Shown: positions 48,297 through 58,273 of the stretch, piece after piece
Position numbering within the stretch: position 1 is the first letter of the stretch
How the letters are laid out: each line of letters starts with the position of its first letter
Virus record (IMG/VR): IMGVR_UViG_3300011008_000006
Length of the DNA stretch: 63,427 bases
Source of the DNA: a virus
Lineage: Duplodnaviria; Heunggongvirae; Uroviricota; Caudoviricetes
Reading direction: 5' to 3' (one strand)
The notes under the pieces: generated by a model
Database searches by the model: none
Told to the model about the DNA's origin: nothing
Seen by the model: the letters and a program-made list of their open reading frames with translations, nothing else
Translations under genes and position numbers: made by a program

Positions 48297-48640
48297 AATT
48301 TTATTTATTTTTATTTTTATTTATTTATTTTTTATTTATTTTTATTTAAAATTATTTTTATTTATTTATTTAATTTTATTTAAAATTTATTTTTATTTAT
48401 TTTTATTTATTATAAGTCGCAATGCCGCTTCGCGTCATTGCCGTTCCGCTGCGCGGAACGCGGAAATATAATTACTCGCAATGCGCTTCGCGCATTGCTC
48501 GTAATTATATTATATTATATATTATTATATTATATATAGTAATTTTTTTGGTGGTATTTTTTATATATAGTAAAAAAGTAGTATCTTTTTTTGACTACCT
48601 ATATAGGAGGGGGGGGGGGTAGTCAAAAAATGATACTATT
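48297..48640. repeat. AT-only (TTTAT)n tract followed by clustered inverted repeats; putative replication origin
   Basis: ~115 bp of A/T only; hairpins at 48419-48441, 48442-48460 and 48466-48510; IR 48579-48599/48618-48639 around a poly-G run. Confidence 0.5.
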
Positions 48641-48777
48641 TTTAATATCACTATTTTTATTATTTATAGAATAATTTATTAAAGTTAAAGTATCATTTAA
48701 TTACTTTTATTATGATAAAAGTGATACACTTGACTTTTATTACAATTTATAGTATAATAAAAATAGAAGGTGATAAT

Positions 48778-50136
48778 ATGAATGAAATTACAGTCACTGA
48801 TTTACAATTACAAAATAAATTAAATTTTCGCCGCGGCGACTATAATATTTTGGACTGCGGCATTCGCACAGGCAAGACATATTGGGCAGTTAATAATTTA
48901 AAGTAGTTTGCACGTGATGAACAGCTTAATCGTATTCTTTTCTTAGTAGATACTAATGCACTTAAAGAGTAGATAATTCAATAGTATGGTGATAAATGTA
49001 CAGATGTAGATATGTTTTGGGAGAATCCACGTAGCTGGTGTGAGTGCATAAATAAAATTGGTATAATGTGCTATTAGGCATTAGGGATGCGTGCGCTTAA
49101 AGAAGACTTGGCTTTCTTAGATAATATAGATGTAATATGCTGGGATGAGTGCGATAGCGTATTTGATTTTGCTACACAAGCATTTGTTCGCGCGCGAAAG
49201 ACTGATTTTGCGCGAGCAGCTTCTTCAAATATGGAAGTTCTTTCTGTTATACAATCCTTTTCTACTAAAAAGGAATATATGCCTTTAATTATACTAGGCG
49301 AGTGGGAAAAACTAATTGAAGAAGGCCGCATTATGTGTATTGGTCTCTCAGCTTCTCCAGAGCGAGCATATGCATATTATAAATCATTAGTAAGCGCCAG
49401 CTATCAAGGTAAATTAGAAGTTGGTTATAGAATGGCTAATGACATTTATTTTACTAATGTACTTTAGCATGTAAATGAATTGCGGCCGGAACTTAATAAA
49501 GGTTATTGGTGTTTCTCTCCTTTGATTGAACCAAACCAACGATTGGTTGAAGCAGCTAATGCGCGCGGTTTTCACGCAATTGAATTACACTCTCCAAATA
49601 ATACTGATAAACCAATGACTGCGGAATAGTTGCGTGTGTACAATACTGTTGTTGCAACTGGTATGGTACCATTAGAATATGATTTTGTTATTGTAAATAA
49701 AGCGCTGGCCCGCGGAATTACAATAATTGATAAGCGTTTTGACCATATTATAATTGATTCAGTTAATTAGGTAGACCGTATTCAAGCAGCTCGTTAGACA
49801 TTCTAGTATTAGCGGCATCTAAAAGTTTTTGCTCCACAAATACCAGAAGAATATCTTAATACTTGGATTACAATAGATTAGTGTCGGGATTTAGCAGAGT
49901 ATATGAGCGTTCCTGAAATGGATAAGAATAATAAAAATAATTCTCGTATAATGACTTGGAATAAGTTAAAAGAATATTTGCCAGCACTTGGATATAATGT
50001 AGAAGGAAAAAGACGCCGTATAAATGGTAAATTAATTTAGTGCTATTATATAACTGGGGAATGGCATGATGTAGAAGTTGTAGATAATGATTTTCTGCAG
50101 CTTGTAGAAGCATAGCAAAAGAAGCTGGAAGAATAA
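48778..50136 (+). CDS. superfamily 2 (DExD-box) helicase-like protein (TAG-recoded, 452 aa)
   Basis: Walker A CGIRTGKT, motif II ICWDECD, motif III GLSAS, RGITI, IQAAR; promoter TTGACT(48730)-17-TATAAT(48753). Confidence 0.85.
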
Positions 50137-50360
50137 AATTCTTCCAGCTTTTATTTATGCGCAGTCAAATACTTGACTTCCAGCTTAACTTATGTTAAAT
50201 ATTTATATTTATATTTCCCCTTTTATTATATCATAAATTTCCCAGCTTGTCAAATATTTTTTTGCCCAGCTTACCCAGCTTCTCCCAAATTTGGAAAATT
50301 TTTTCAGTTGGCCGGCCGGTTCTTCCAGCTTCCAGCTTCCAGCTTATCCCAGCTGGCCGG
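50121..50360. repeat. cluster of CCAGCT(T) direct repeats; first pair forms the helicase terminator
   Basis: about nine (T/C)CCAGCT copies, including tandem TTCCAGCTTCCAGCTTCCAGCTT at 50323-50345. Confidence 0.65.
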
Positions 50361-50582
50361 CATGTTAATATTATATAATAAAATTTGGAAGAATTGTCAA
50401 AATTTGACAAGCCGGCCTGTCAACTCCAAAAGAAGTGACTGGAAAAATTTGGAAATAAATTGTAACAAAATTGTAACAAAAAAGTAAGAAATTTGTAACA
50501 ATTTCCTACTTGACAATTTGACAAATATATGATAATATGTTAGTGGTGGGAGAGACATAAAATCGGGCCGGCCAGAAATGCC

Positions 50583-50837
50583 TTACGGCATTTTGGTACA
50601 AAGGATAACATTGCTGTAATGAGTTAAGTACGTGATACCGTTCATAGTAAACTGAACGCAATCGGATTCACTAAAATCGCGCCAACTGGAAACGGGTCCT
50701 TCAATAAGTTCGCCATTACCTAATTGGAGAATGACCCATTTGAAATTCCATTTAGTATCAAACCCAATTTCACGATTGCAACCGCAGAGACAGATGAAAA
50801 CCAGAACCAACATAATAATCAATACAATTTTCTTCAT
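50583..50837 (-). CDS. putative lipoprotein
   Basis: MKK-hydrophobic stretch-LCGC lipobox. Confidence 0.8.
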   Translation of the reverse strand: MKKIVLIIMLVLVFICLCGCNREIGFDTKWNFKWVILQLGNGELIEGPVSSWRDFSESDCVQFTMNGITYLTHYSNVILCTKMP

Positions 50838-50857
50838 TTTTTTCTTCCTTTCTAACT

Positions 50858-51088
50858 TTACTCACCTGCAATGGTTTCGGTTAAGTCCATCCAATCATGA
50901 TAGTATCTAAGGATTTTTACTTCATTGGGTTCAAATTCACTACCACAACAACCACAAATAATTCGGAGAGGGATAGTTTTTTCATCAATATGGTCGTCGA
51001 TAGTTTCTGCAATACCACCAAAGATATTGTCAGAATCATCTACCATAAGATCAGGAGAAATTACCTGAAATTTTACTTGTTGCCACAT
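50858..51088 (-). CDS. hypothetical protein
   Basis: start MWQQVKF after GAGGAGG; IICGCCG motif. Confidence 0.7.
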   Translation of the reverse strand: MWQQVKFQVISPDLMVDDSDNIFGGIAETIDDHIDEKTIPLRIICGCCGSEFEPNEVKILRYYHDWMDLTETIAGE

Positions 51089-51317
51089 TCTTCTTCCTCC
51101 TCTTCTTCCGCCAGAATAATGGGGTTTCGACGCAGTTCCAACACAAATTTGATGGCTTCCCACCAGGAACATTTGAGGGTTTTACGGGCAATCTTGATTT
51201 CTTCGAGCATTCTCATCTCTCCTTTCAACATACTTATTATAACATAAAATTGTTACAAAACAATAACGAAAGTATTACAATTCTGTTACAAATTTGCTGG
51301 CCGGCCAGAAGATGTGG

Positions 51318-51566
51318 TTATTCCACATCTTCCACTTCGTGATAGTTATCGTGGAAAAACATATTTTCCGCTTCATAGACAGCGTCATTAAAATCATCCC
51401 AGAAATTGGGTTGTTTTATTGCCCACGCCAATAACGTAGTGAAACTGATAGATGTTTTTAATCCTTCAATTAGATCAATTTGATCCATTTTTTCATAAAC
51501 ATCATCACGCGCTTCTTCTTCGGTTTCAAATTCTTCACCAAAATCATTTTCCCAATGCGTACTCAT
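51318..51566 (-). CDS. highly acidic small protein
   Basis: 82 aa, D/E-rich; AGGAGG RBS. Confidence 0.8.
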   Translation of the reverse strand: MSTHWENDFGEEFETEEEARDDVYEKMDQIDLIEGLKTSISFTTLLAWAIKQPNFWDDFNDAVYEAENMFFHDNYHEVEDVE

Positions 51567-51578
51567 TATTATTCCTCC

Positions 51579-51794
51579 TTATTTCACGAAATATCGCTCA
51601 ATGATAAATTCACCCATATTGGTATAGATGTGAATGCTCTCGGTGTCTTCATAGCGATCTTCTTCAATTTCGCCTTCTTCATAGAAGTTGAGAACGTCAT
51701 TTAACGCACTTTCACGAGTGTAATATACACCACCAATACCATTGTCACCACAAGTTGACCACCACTGCATTATCCATACGTTCATCATCATCAT
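51579..51794 (-). CDS. small acidic protein (VW...GVYxTxExA family)
   Basis: AAGGAG RBS; own promoter at ~51847-51820. Confidence 0.8.
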   Translation of the reverse strand: MMMMNVWIMQWWSTCGDNGIGGVYYTRESALNDVLNFYEEGEIEEDRYEDTESIHIYTNMGEFIIERYFVK

Positions 51795-51928
51795 CTCTCC
51801 TTTCGTTTCTTACATTATTATTATAACACAAAAATCTAAAAAGTCAATACTTAAAATGTTACAATTTTATTAATAATTACGGGCCGGCCCGTTAGTTATA
51901 ACTAACTCGGTAGTAAAAGAAAAGGGGA

Positions 51929-52303
51929 TTACTCCCCTTTCTCTTCCGCTTTCTTGGCGCGCCGAACCTTGTCCGCTTCCGCTTTCTTGGCGCGGGCTTC
52001 TGCCTTTTCCTGAGCCTTCGCCTGCTTTTTGGCGTACTCGTCAATTTCTTTCTGCATCAGTTCGCGAGCGGTCATATCTTCGCGCTCTTCCGCGACAATA
52101 GCGCCCAAGCGCACATAACGCTCAACGCCATTCTTGTCAATGAGAATAGCGCCCCACTGACGGTCATTAACCTTACGGTATTCAGTGTCATTGTCAGTCG
52201 TAAAGGCATCAATAGTTCCCGCTTCGGTCTCAAGCTCGAAAATTTCGGAGAAGATACGGCTACGCAGGTCAGCATCCACAACAGTGCGAGAATACTTAGG
52301 CAT
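51929..52303 (-). CDS. hypothetical protein with Lys/Ala-rich C-terminal helix
   Basis: 124 aa, GC-rich codons, conserved leader hairpin, own promoter. Confidence 0.85.
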   Translation of the reverse strand: MPKYSRTVVDADLRSRIFSEIFELETEAGTIDAFTTDNDTEYRKVNDRQWGAILIDKNGVERYVRLGAIVAEEREDMTARELMQKEIDEYAKKQAKAQEKAEARAKKAEADKVRRAKKAEEKGE

Positions 52304-52402
52304 ATGAGTTTCCTTTCTGGTTTGAAGAGTTTCCTTCTCTTTTTTACATATTCATTATACCATAGAATTTGTACTTTGTCAAGCACTTTTTTGAAATTTT
52401 TC

Positions 52403-52523
52403 TTCCAAGGGACTTGCAAGTGAGGTTTGTTTTTCCCTGCTATATGCGTCAACTGTCGGTGAATTTCGCACCCGTTGTTCTATCCTCACATAGCCAGGTG
52501 TTCTTTTCCTCTCCCTTGGAACA
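52403..52523 (-). ncRNA. putative small structured RNA
   Basis: promoter TTGACA(52557)-17-TATTAT; 5' TTCCAAGGGA pairs with 3' TCCCTTGGAA; inner GTGAGG/CCTCAC stem; no convincing ORF with RBS. Confidence 0.6.
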
Positions 52524-52623
52524 TATATATAATATCATAAATTTTATGAAATGTCAAGTAAATTTTAAAAAAAATAATTATAAACTTTTCTGTATAAATA
52601 TGCGCGGGCCGGCCCGAAGAAGA

Positions 52624-52896
52624 TTACTCTTCTTCGGTGCTAACAGAGATAAGGAAAGAATTATTACAATGAATAGTGAGCAAAATGTCATCTTCGGAAT
52701 CACTATAATCACTATGAAAATTGATAGTATATCCATCTGCGATTAGCGCTTTGATGGCATTTTGAAGGTCATGAAGATTCATTAAACGCCGTTGTTCCCG
52801 CCGCTGTGTTAAAATCTCCTTGATTTTATTTGTTGCGTCAAAAAGCATTTCATCACTGGCGGAGTTAAGCATTTCATACAGATCTGTGTAAGTCAT
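52624..52896 (-). CDS. hypothetical protein
   Basis: 90 aa, AAGGAG RBS, own promoter. Confidence 0.8.
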   Translation of the reverse strand: MTYTDLYEMLNSASDEMLFDATNKIKEILTQRREQRRLMNLHDLQNAIKALIADGYTINFHSDYSDSEDDILLTIHCNNSFLISVSTEEE

Positions 52897-53062
52897 TGTG
52901 ATCTCTCCTTTCTTTTTACATTATAATTATATCATAGATTTGGGAAAAGTCAATACTTAAATTATTACAATTTTATGAACAAATTACGGGCCGGCCCGCT
53001 TCATCGCATTAAAGCATTAAAGTAAGCGGATAAAAGAAAAGAGGGCTTGCGCCCTCTTCCCC

Positions 53063-53395
53063 TTACCGCAGGGAGTAGGAATTGACCTTCCCTTCGGTCT
53101 TGACGACCTCGTTAGCCCACTGGTGGGTCAAACCGTACTGCACCCGAGCCTTGGTAAAACCTTCGGGCAAATTGCTCTCGCAATCCTCGAAGATTTCCGC
53201 TACGGTCACAGGCTTGCCCGCGACACGAAGGGTTTCAAACACGATAGCCTTGGCTTCATCGTACTCGGCGTTCTTCTGCGCCTTGGCTTCCGCACCACGG
53301 TTGATTTCCTTGCGGAGTTCGTCAAGGATGGTTTCATCGGAGAAGTTAGCGGACACAAGGGCGTTCAGGATGACTTCGTAAGAGGTTTTCTTCAT
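53063..53395 (-). CDS. winged-helix-like small protein, paralog 1
   Basis: start MKKTSYEVIL; PVTVAEIF...LPEGFTKARVQYGL...WxxEVVKTEGKVNSY; terminator at 53037-53058. Confidence 0.85.
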   Translation of the reverse strand: MKKTSYEVILNALVSANFSDETILDELRKEINRGAEAKAQKNAEYDEAKAIVFETLRVAGKPVTVAEIFEDCESNLPEGFTKARVQYGLTHQWANEVVKTEGKVNSYSLR

Positions 53396-53500
53396 AGTGG
53401 TAATTCCTTTCTGGTTTTTAAGAGTTTTCCTTCTCTTGATTACGTATTTATTGTACCACAGATTTGGGAGTTTGTCAAGTAGTTTTTTGAAAATTTTTTT

Positions 53501-53591
53501 GTTCCGTGCACAAGTTGTCATCTTGCGCGAAGCTCACACGCCAACCGCATTGACGAATTGCTGGTCTGTGCATCCCTTGCCTCTTGGAACA
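53501..53591 (-). ncRNA. putative small structured RNA
   Basis: TTGACA-17-TATAAT promoter; 5' GTTCC/3' GGAAC and TGCACA/TGTGCA pairings. Confidence 0.55.
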
Positions 53592-53650
53592 TTTTTATTA
53601 TACCATAGATTTGGGAGTTTGTCAAGAGGTTTTTTTAAGAAATTTTTTTT

Positions 53651-53755
53651 AGATGAGAGAATTGCGGTCTTGTATATGTGTCCTCTCTGCTACTCACATA
53701 CCACGCTTAACTAATAGGGTGGAATCCTCTCCTTTCCTTCATTTCCCTTGGAACA
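53651..53755 (-). ncRNA. putative small structured RNA
   Basis: starts TGTTCCAAGGG behind a promoter; GAGAGGATT/AATTCTCTC stem; 3' AGACCGCAAT motif shared with the 59188 and 61411 units. Confidence 0.5.
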
Positions 53756-53915
53756 ATTATATAATATCATAAATTTCACTATTTGTCTATTGGTAAATTG
53801 CACAAACTTTATTTAACTTTTTTGTGCAATTTGCGGGCCGGCCCGAAGTTAGTTATATCTAACTAATAATAAAAAAAGGCCCTCCCATTTGGGAGGGTAG
53901 AAAGGAAGGAGGAAG

Positions 53916-53991
53916 TGGTCACGAAGGGAGGACTTGAACCTACCAACCGTTTGAGTAGTGTCAAACCATCTACCGTTGATTGTACTTCGTG
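53916..53991 (-). tRNA. atypical tRNA-like element with CUA in a 6-nt anticodon loop
   Basis: CACGAAG/CTTCGTG acceptor stem + A-CCA; D arm with GG; T arm GTAGG-TTCAAGT-CCTCC; GTTTGA-CACTAC-TCAAAC anticodon arm. Confidence 0.65.
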
Positions 53992-54004
53992 ATGAAGGGG
54001 GGGC

Positions 54005-54340
54005 TTACGCCCTCACCTTGTAGGTGTTGACCTTGCCCTCGGTCTTTTCGACCTCGGCAGTCCAATAGTGGGTCAGACCATACTGCACCTGGGCCTTTGT
54101 GAAGCCACGGGGCAGTTCGTCCTTGCACTCTTCGTAGAGTTCAGCCACGGTCACGGGAGTGTTGGCAATAGCCAGAGCGTTCAGCACCGCGGTTTTAGCG
54201 GCGTCATACATGGCAACCTTCGCGGCCTTTTCGGCTTCACCGCGATGGATTTCCTTTTCCAGTTCAGCCATAGCGGTTTCGTCAGAGAAGTTAGCGGCGA
54301 TCAGAGCGTTGTAGATAGCGGTCAGAGAAGCCTTCGTCAT
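54005..54340 (-). CDS. winged-helix-like small protein, paralog 2
   Basis: start MTKASLTAIYNAL; highly similar to 53063-53395. Confidence 0.85.
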   Translation of the reverse strand: MTKASLTAIYNALIAANFSDETAMAELEKEIHRGEAEKAAKVAMYDAAKTAVLNALAIANTPVTVAELYEECKDELPRGFTKAQVQYGLTHYWTAEVEKTEGKVNTYKVRA

Positions 54341-54440
54341 AGTAGTACCCTTTCTGGTTTTTTGGACTGTCCTTGTCCTTTTCGTGTATTCATTATAGCA
54401 CATTGTGCTTATAATGTCAAGTGGTTTTTCAATCTTTTTT

Positions 54441-54560
54441 TCGTAGCAGGAGAAAGATTGAAAGAAAACCTGTCCAGTTCCTGCCTTGGAATAACGGGCA
54501 TTTCCTGGCAACCTTCTACATCTCACCTCCAAGGGTTCATTCCTGTTTCCTTGGTACATC
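54441..54560 (-). ncRNA. putative small structured RNA
   Basis: TTGACA-17-TATAAT promoter; starts TGTACCAAGG; CCTTGGA/TCCAAGG and CAGGA/TCCTG pairings. Confidence 0.5.
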
Positions 54561-54621
54561 CTTATTATAGCACAGGATTTGCTTTTTGTCAAGGGGTTTT
54601 TCAAAAGTTTTTGAAAAAATT

Positions 54622-54729
54622 TTGTGTCCTCTCCTTATAAGCCAACCCTCTGGGGTGCTTATCCGCGTGCGTTTCTTTACCGCCCTGCCGAAGATTTCTT
54701 CGGGATGGTCGTCACTTCCCCTTGGAACA
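54622..54729 (-). ncRNA. putative small structured RNA
   Basis: TTGACA promoter; starts TGTTCCAAGGGG; CCGAAGA/TCTTCGG and ATAAGC/GCTTAT hairpins; GAGAGGACACA shared with the 53651 unit. Confidence 0.5.
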
Positions 54730-54830
54730 ATATTATAATACCATAGATTTGGGAAAATGTCAAGCACTTTTTGAAAAAAATAATTATTCTTTTTTCTGAA
54801 TTAAAATTCGCGGGCCGGCCGAGAGTTAGA

Positions 54831-55022
54831 TTACTCTAACTCTTTTACTTCTTCCAAATTATCACAGTATGCGAAATTATATACTTCATCCCAGTAAAAA
54901 TTTCTTTGACATTTGGGACAATACCCTTCCCAAGTTTCATAATAATAATCACCTTCATTTTGAGAACGGCGAAGTTCAGTATATTCTAATTCTTTATTAC
55001 AATAAGGGCATTTAGGCGACAT
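54831..55022 (-). CDS. zinc-ribbon protein
   Basis: CPYC...CPKC. Confidence 0.75.
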   Translation of the reverse strand: MSPKCPYCNKELEYTELRRSQNEGDYYYETWEGYCPKCQRNFYWDEVYNFAYCDNLEEVKELE

Positions 55023-55023
55023 T

Positions 55024-55215
55024 TTATTTCACTCCTTTTAGAAAGTATGGTTTGATAAAAAACCAATTAGAACATTCAGGGCATTCGATCCATGGCAGTA
55101 TCTTGTCATTTTGAATTGCGGGGTCATTTTCATCAAACTCAAAAACACATCCACAGGCACACTGAATTTTATACATATAAATGGGATTTTTAATTCTATG
55201 TTTTAAGATTTTCAT
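55024..55215 (-). CDS. zinc-ribbon protein
   Basis: CACGCVFEF...CPEC. Confidence 0.75.
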   Translation of the reverse strand: MKILKHRIKNPIYMYKIQCACGCVFEFDENDPAIQNDKILPWIECPECSNWFFIKPYFLKGVK

Positions 55216-55624
55216 TCTTCATCTCATCCTTTCAATTTTTATTACATGTTCTTTATATTGTACTTGTCTAAATAATTTAGCCAATAAAAATAAACAATAA
55301 TCTTTAATAGTTGAATAAAAAGTTTGTACGGTATTATCGTCAAATAAAACTCGCATTTTTATTTTCATTCTTCATCCCATCCTTTCTTATACTTCGGTTT
55401 CTTGTTGCGCTTGTCTGGAATTACTTTGGTTACGGGATTGAGAACACCCCAATCTTTTCGGATTGTGCGATATACTTCGTAATTGGTACGTGCTTTCAGT
55501 GCTTTCTTCTTGCTCATTTCTTCTTCCCTTCCTTTCTACATATAGAGTATAACATACTTTGAGTAGAAAGTCAATAGTTTTAATTGTTAAAATTTTATTA
55601 CAAATATTACGGGCCGGCCCGAAG

Positions 55625-56314
55625 TTAGCCTTGGCTAACTTCTTCTTCGGTCGGGAGGGGGTAGCCCCTCCGCAAGCACTCCATGAAGATTTTGGCTTCG
55701 ATTTCTACATCCTCCAAACCCGTATGTGATTCCTGGAAATTATTGTCACCAGTGAGAAAACGCCACAAGATTTCTGCGGTCAGACGCGGGCGAGGAATGG
55801 CGTGATTAGTCATGTAATTATTGGTAACACAAAAGTCAATGTATTCTTTGGTATTACCAATGACCGTTCTTGCCATCTTCATTGTATCCATAATGGGGAT
55901 GCCAAAAGGGAGGAAATAGCGCAACCGCGATTTGAGTTGATAGCGAAGTGTTGCATTTAATACTTTTACATCAAACCAAATATTATGCCCTGCAATCACT
56001 TCAATTTTATAATCCTTGATAATTTGGCGAATAATCAACCACATTTTCAATGTATCTACAATTCGCCGTTGTCCCATCCGCATTTCGGTCAGGTATTGGG
56101 GTATTTTTTCCGCGAAATAGGCTTGCTCCATCGTCAAAGGCATACCAAAAAATACATCCTCATTTACAAGGCTAATTTTGGTAAGCAATTCGCCCGTGTC
56201 TGTTTCCAGTACACTACCACCAAGGTCATAGACCTGTCCGTTTTCGGTTTCAAGCTGTCCCTTTTCGTTGCAGTAAGTTTCACCAGTTTCGCCATCCAAA
56301 ATCAGTATACGCAA
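55625..56314 (-). CDS. DEDDh 3'-5' exonuclease
   Basis: ILDGET (ExoI), GHNIWFD (ExoII), HTGLED (ExoIII); TTG start after the conserved leader. Confidence 0.85.
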   Translation of the reverse strand: MRILILDGETGETYCNEKGQLETENGQVYDLGGSVLETDTGELLTKISLVNEDVFFGMPLTMEQAYFAEKIPQYLTEMRMGQRRIVDTLKMWLIIRQIIKDYKIEVIAGHNIWFDVKVLNATLRYQLKSRLRYFLPFGIPIMDTMKMARTVIGNTKEYIDFCVTNNYMTNHAIPRPRLTAEILWRFLTGDNNFQESHTGLEDVEIEAKIFMECLRRGYPLPTEEEVSQG

Positions 56315-56436
56315 GAGAGTTCCCTTTCTGGTTTGTGTTGTTTTCCTTCAACTTTCTTTTACATTATAGCATACAAAAAGCGAATTGTCAAGCCTGAATT
56401 ATTACAATTTTATTACATTTTCGCGGGCCGGCCCGA

Positions 56437-56711
56437 TTATTGTAATCGGGCATCAAGCGGGACTTTTTCAATATCATATTCACACTCATATAACCCATAT
56501 TTATTACCGCAAGTGGTGGTAATGCAGATAGCGCATCTTCTTCATACGTTCGTTGAATTAAACCATCTTCCAAATCATCTTCATCAAACATTTCTAATAG
56601 ATAGTTATACAGTGCTTCAATGGCTTTTTCCTTAGTAGAATACCAACCTTCAATTCCTTCCACACGTTCTTCATCGACAAGAATTGTTTCAGTAATAATC
56701 CAAATTTCCAT
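56437..56711 (-). pseudogene. VW...GxYSTxExA family small protein, apparently frameshifted near 56530
   Basis: the track ORF runs through the GGCCGGCC junction into the next promoter; an alternative frame (ICITTTCGNKYGLYECEYDIEKVPLDARLQ-TAA) ends at the junction hairpin as other cassettes do. Confidence 0.5.
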
Positions 56712-56845
56712 ATTAGTTCCTTTCTGGTTTTTAAGAGTTTCCCTCTCTTTTACATATATATAATATCATAAAAAATCAGAATGTCAATAGGTTTTTGAAA
56801 AAATTTACGGGCCGGCCCGCGTATAATTATACAAAAAGAAGCGGA

Positions 56846-57265
56846 TTACTCCGCTCCTTTTACCATGTTCTGAAAGCCTTTTTCATTCAGGTCTTTCACA
56901 ACCTGCTTGGCTTCCTGCTTGCGCTTCTTCGCGGCGATAGCATCAGCTTTCTTCTGTTCTGCCTTTGCTTTCTTCGCCCGCTTTTCTGCGAGGTCTTCCT
57001 GATAGGCTTCTGCCGCGGCGTACCCATCATAAGGGATGTAACCACCATCACCATCACGCTCACCGCGAGGAATGGACACCTTCACCACGGGGAATTTTTC
57101 ATTCCCTTCCTTGTCACACAAGGGCAAAGTGATTTCGTTAGCACTCACGAAAGGAACTTGGGTTTTGGGGTCAAGGTCAAAGTGTTCTGCGAGAGCCTTG
57201 CAAATGACTTCGAGAATTTCGGTGCGCATTGCGGTTTCCAATTCGGCTTTAGTCATAATTTCCAC
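56846..57265 (-). CDS. hypothetical protein with Lys/Ala-rich C-terminal helix
   Basis: 139 aa, GC-rich codons, own promoter. Confidence 0.85.
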   Translation of the reverse strand: MEIMTKAELETAMRTEILEVICKALAEHFDLDPKTQVPFVSANEITLPLCDKEGNEKFPVVKVSIPRGERDGDGGYIPYDGYAAAEAYQEDLAEKRAKKAKAEQKKADAIAAKKRKQEAKQVVKDLNEKGFQNMVKGAE

Positions 57266-57394
57266 TTCCTTTCTTTTTACATATAGATTATATCATAAAA
57301 TTTGAAATTTGTCAATAGTTTTTTGAAAAAAATTTTTATACAAAATTTTGTATAAATATGTGCGGGCCGGTCAAGTAAGTTAGCTTGCGCTAAC

Positions 57395-57583
57395 TTACTC
57401 CACAATAGATACTTTCCACGGAGGGACAAAGAAAATTTTTATTTCTTCATTAAAAATACCAAGGTACTTTTTGAAAAGGTATTCAAAGTATACTTTCCAA
57501 GGAATTGCCGCGAGGTAAATTTCATTACCATCATGTACTTCAACCATTGCATTTTTGTAAAGAATCAGTTTTTTCATTTTCAA
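57395..57583 (-). CDS. small hypothetical protein
   Basis: 62 aa; conserved leader hairpin and promoter upstream. Confidence 0.7.
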   Translation of the reverse strand: MKMKKLILYKNAMVEVHDGNEIYLAAIPWKVYFEYLFKKYLGIFNEEIKIFFVPPWKVSIVE

Positions 57584-57724
57584 TTCCTTTCTGGTTTAGG
57601 GAGTTTTCCTTCTCCTTTTCATTTACAAATAGATTATAACATATGAAAATGAAATTGTCAATATAAAAATTATTACAAAATTATTAAATTAACGGGCCGG
57701 CCGAAAACCCATCGGGGTGATGGG

Positions 57725-58171
57725 TTAGTGGAGAAGGTTTTTCAAAATTTCGATGATTTTATCGGGGGAATATGCTTCATCCTGCCACGCTTCACGGTTG
57801 CCTTCTTCATCATCAAATAAGATACCACCACCACACGCTTCATATTTATTCGTGCCGTAGTCAACAATCTTGATTTCATCCCACCGAACGCTTTTCAAAT
57901 GTTCGTGAAGCCAAACCAACTTTGCAAGAGCAATTTCACCGCAATACAGCTCACTTCCGCTTTTGCTCGTCCAACTAATTACGCCAAGCATCCAGCCTTG
58001 GGCTTGCAAACGGTTCAACAAACGAGCAAGCAGGGATAGATTTAGGAGAGGTTCAGCTTCTTCATAGGGGAAAACATCTTCATTCACCAGAAAATCAAGC
58101 CAACCTTCAACACCGTACAAATCCGCAATCGTGCCATCCATGTCAAACCAAATCATTTTCTTCATCTTCAT
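57725..58171 (-). CDS. HAD-superfamily phosphatase (5'-nucleotidase/deoxyribonucleotidase-like)
   Basis: motif I FDMDGT, motif II ISWTS, K, motif IV LFDD; GGAGGT RBS; own promoter. Confidence 0.85.
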   Translation of the reverse strand: MKMKKMIWFDMDGTIADLYGVEGWLDFLVNEDVFPYEEAEPLLNLSLLARLLNRLQAQGWMLGVISWTSKSGSELYCGEIALAKLVWLHEHLKSVRWDEIKIVDYGTNKYEACGGGILFDDEEGNREAWQDEAYSPDKIIEILKNLLH

Positions 58172-58273
58172 TACCTCCCTTTCACACTCATATTATAACG
58201 TATTTACCTCCATTTGTCAACCCTTTTTGAAAAAAATTTTTCAGTTAGAGGTATCTAACGGGCCGGCCAGATT

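Noticed and set aside
48610..48619. Poly-G run as a phase-variation tract
   Set aside because: It is intergenic, lies in the loop of an inverted repeat and not within a promoter spacer or ORF; its length may also be a sequencing artefact.
53396..54767. Long N-terminal extensions and extra ORFs in the track (53063-53521, 54005-54604, 54537-54767; likewise 52072-52452, 59475-59681, 61348-61569)
   Set aside because: They run through promoter boxes (LDK...WYN is translated TTGACA...TGGTATAAT) and lack RBSs; the true starts follow the conserved leader.
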